Assembly: GCA_001179505.1 (NCBI GenBank)
Contig: CDMY01000338.1
Location: forward strand, 49,572 to 113,571
Source: Vitrella brassicaformis CCMP3155
Lineage: Eukaryota > Protista > Chromerida
Reading direction: 5' to 3'
DNA: 64,000 bases
A program made the position numbers and the translations under genes. Positions 61,926-64,000 of the stretch are shown piece by piece. The notes below the pieces were generated by a model. That model saw only the letters and a program-made list of their open reading frames with translations. It made no database searches and was not told where the DNA came from. The number at the start of each line of letters is the position of its first letter. Position 1 is the first letter of the stretch.

Positions 61926-64000
61926 CCTTGTCAGGGGCAGTTGGATCGATGGATATACGCGAGCAAGCAGACCAGCAGCAGACCGAGAGGCAGGCACGAG
62001 TGAGTGACAGACGACAAAGAGCGGCCTGAGCAGCACTCAGTGATGCTAAGCTGTCTGCTGAGTGGTCGGCGGAGAGATGCTTGCAGTCGAGTGGGGATGA
62101 GGCGGATGGATGGAGGGCAGCTCAGGCTGGCAACAGTGGGTCGTTGCAAAAGACACAAGGCCACCAAGACAGTCGCACTGCAGAGAGAGAAGGGAGGGAG
62201 AGAAAAGAGAGGCGTTTTTGAGCGTTTGAGCGTTAAAGAGAGGAGTCGCACCTCTCGCTCGCTGCGGATCAGCCTGCGATGTACCTCATCGTCCAACATG
62301 GCCGGCCGACTGTGACTCACTGAGGGCAGGGCTGGTCTTCGAGCGGTGCGCCCCGTCTGCACGCCCAATTGCAGCAGCTGGTCCAGGCTGTGCTCGATGC
62401 CCGCCGCTTCAGCCTTCAGCTGCAGGATGACACACACACGAAGACCATGACAAACAAACTCATGCCAGCCTCCCAACTCGCAGCCGCTCACTTCGACAAG
62501 ATGCCGTTTACCATATCATGCTCTAACTCGACAGAGGCAGGGAGTGCATTCTTCCATGCATTCGTCGTCCCGCGCAGTAAACACCGCCCGCTCGTTATGG
62601 ACAGCGACTATTTGAGCTGACGTTCATCGGCTCTGACACTCCCTCTCGTCCCCCTCCACGGCATCGTACGACTGTCGTACGGCGTCAGCCTGAGGGCTCT
62701 TGCTGTCGCGGCGGTGTAGCGGCAGCTCATCCAGTCTCAGCGAGCAGGGTCAGCCCCTCCCATACTTATGTACTGGTTGTGTTGCGGTGCATGGGGCTGC
62801 TCTCGTCAGGGGCGGCGTCCTCTTTTTGACCCTGTGCCGCTTGTTTCGGCGACTCCCCCTCCCTCCTCTCTCTGATCCTGGCCAAGCAGGCCTCAGTGGC
62901 CGTCGAGGAGCTCAGACGTCTGTCTGCGCGGCAGCGCAGCGGGCGCTCTCACTGCCGACCCTGGCTTGCCGCTTATGTAGCCACTTGTTGCCGGCCATTT
63001 GCAGTGGACATAGCATGAGATCTGTTCTACCAACCACCGCCGCATTATTATCGTGTGGTTCTGCAGACGGATATCTATTGGTATGAATGGACCAATCAAT
63101 TGACAACACATCGATCGATCTAAGCGTCATTATTTTGCATCACTTGTCGACCACTCATGAGTCTCATCATTCATTCATTCATTGACACACTCTGTACGTA
63201 GCTAGGCGCACACACACATATGCACACAAGACGAAAAGGCCAAGCCCAAGCACTCAAAGCGATGCTTGTGCCACAGACAGACAGACAGACAGACAGACAG
63301 AGAGGCAGACACAGAGAGGGAGAGAGGTACACACACATGACTCACTCCTGCACGGCAGGCATGACATACATACAGCTTCTCGAACAGCGCATACACATGA
63401 TGTACAGAGCCGACAGACGTAGGACAAAGAAGCACGCACACACACGTGAGTGACTGACTGAGTGAGTTAGTGCTCCCTCCCACGTACGGCTCACTCATGA
63501 CTCACACGACCGACCATGCATCGCTAGCGTACACAAACAACGCCTCGCTTAGCGCCCACACCACCCCACACCCACGTCGCCACGCACGCCCGCCCGCCCG
63601 CCAGCATCGACTAATCGAGTGTCCTCGATCGATCTGGCTCCTGTCCTGTCTGCCTCACGGCTGATGGACAAAAACGCAGGCGATGGAATGTGTGTGTGTG
63701 TGTGTGTGTGCAGTGAGTGCCGCACACAGTCCACACACTCAATAATCTACACACTAAGGTAAGTACTTACACAAACAATTACTCACCCACCTACACATGC
63801 ACACATCTGACTGACTGACTGTGCTGCCTGGCTGGCTGGCTGGCTGAGTGATTCATATCAACACGGCACTCACTCACGGCCAGCGCAGCATGCAGCGCAC
63901 GCACGCACGCACGACAGACAGACAGACAGACAGACAGACAGATCTGCCCAGCCCAGCCCAGCCCTGTCTGTCCCCGGCCCCTCTGTCTGTTCCTCCTTCG

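Larger units (their letters stand above)
56040..64000. repeat. Tandem array of a ~2.5-kb unit (ATG-to-ATG period 2533 bp), at least 4 gene copies, each carrying a small secreted-peptide precursor gene
   Basis: 59400-61460 is nearly identical to 61933-64000; more diverged or deleted copies at 56040-58560. Confidence 0.9.

Overview
Intron-rich, GC-rich eukaryotic DNA with CA/GA/GACA/GGCA microsatellites filling most introns, and four 300-N assembly gaps. A plastid-targeted prenyltransferase sits alongside apicomplexan-type oocyst-wall and Apple-domain proteins, which suggests a chromerid (chrompodellid) alveolate such as Vitrella; this is an inference, not verified. Spliced genes read by hand, in order: GNAT acetyltransferase, Mpv17/PMP22 protein, oocyst-wall-protein-like Cys-repeat protein, two hypothetical proteins, TPR protein, secreted Ig-like + arylsulfotransferase + PAN/Apple fusion, homogentisate phytyltransferase, coiled-coil/RING-like protein, ankyrin-TRP channel with an in-frame TGA, two tandem YdcZ/DUF606 DMT transporters, PAN-PAN-FAS1 type-I membrane protein, very large low-complexity protein with an Mrc1-like segment, and an aquaporin. 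The last ~8 kb is a ~2.5-kb tandem array of small spliced genes that the ORF track shows only in fragments. They encode signal peptide + acidic propeptide + di/tribasic site + cationic amphipathic peptide ending in a two-Cys loop. Mature regions diverge strongly between copies while flanks are almost identical. This candidate antimicrobial/toxin peptide family is the most interesting signal. Exon boundaries were inferred by eye from GT/AG sites and frame continuity, without RNA evidence.
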